This document shows, piece by piece, positions 63,412 to 64,000 of a DNA stretch of 64,000 nt. Every line of letters begins with the position of its first letter. The stretch's first letter is position 1. Both the position numbers and the translations under genes were made by a program. This DNA comes from Lytechinus pictus (lineage: Eukaryota). The notes under the pieces were generated by a model. That model worked only from the letters and a program-made list of their open reading frames with translations, did no database searches and had not been told where the DNA came from. The stretch spans positions 42,348,001 through 42,412,000 of the forward strand of contig NC_087251.1 of assembly GCF_037042905.1 (NCBI RefSeq). Reading direction: 5' to 3'.

Positions 63412-64000
63412 GGGGCTGTATTCTGAGGTCATTTTATCTTTAAAATATTTTATTTTATCTCTTAAGATGAAATTGGTATTCTGAGATGACATTTTATCTC
63501 TCAGATAAAATTTACAAATTTATCTTGCGTATAAATTTTATCTTGCGTATCTATGATGATACGCAACAGAGCAGTGACTGCGTAGACATACCCATCGCGT
63601 ATCTGGCCATTGAAACGCGGGTGATGTGCTTGCGCCCAAGTTACTTTGAAAAAAAAAATAAGATAAATTTAAAAGAGGGTAGGGGCTATTTTATCTCCGC
63701 GACGTTGATTTCGCCAATATTTTTAGGTGAATTAACTCCAAATGTTGGCATGAAAATTAAGAAAAATGATATATACATTGAGAACAACACCTTAAAGTTA
63801 TTCCTGTACAATCGGGAAGTATTTCATAAGACTTTTCTTGACTAATATTGTCTTTGAAATGATGCTTGAAAAGATGCGAAATAGACTTCGAAAAAAAGAT
63901 GAGAGTATTGTCAGTTTTGTTAGAAAGAAATCTCTGAAAGACGTGCAAGCGTATTTTAAGTCAATAAATTGACGCAATCTCACTCCTTCGCCACACCTCC
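63412..64000. mobile_element. Left part of a Harbinger-like element
   Basis: Starts GGGGCTGTATTCTGAG with repeated TTTTATCT/AGATAAA motifs; the right end was not identified in the window. Confidence 0.4.

Overview
AT-rich animal genomic DNA with spliceosomal introns and dense non-autonomous DNA transposons; the repeat style suggests a sea urchin or other marine invertebrate (inference). Two spliced genes are arranged head-to-head, with start codons about 7.2 kb apart. (1) FBXO11 is on the minus strand: 8 coding exons (46166 to 1952) were rebuilt by hand with consistent GT-AG phases, covering the N-terminus, the F-box and the start of the CASH/PbH1 region; the gene runs off the left edge. (2) A complete 4-exon, 300-aa class I SAM methyltransferase is on the plus strand (53416-58230). 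It matches the C-terminal 5-thiohistidine N-methyltransferase domain of the ovothiol enzyme OvoA, but stands alone (no DinB/FGE sulfoxide-synthase part) and has an N-terminal hydrophobic anchor. The rest is a patchwork of MITEs (hAT, PIF/Harbinger, Tc1/mariner-pogo, Kolobok-like, Academ-like, Crypton-like), L2-type LINE tails, a Helitron-like tandem array and microsatellites. TACATGTA, TAGGCCTA and TACCGGTA palindromes match the predicted excision footprints of the TA-targeting MITEs present here. Most ORFs in the supplied track are spurious.
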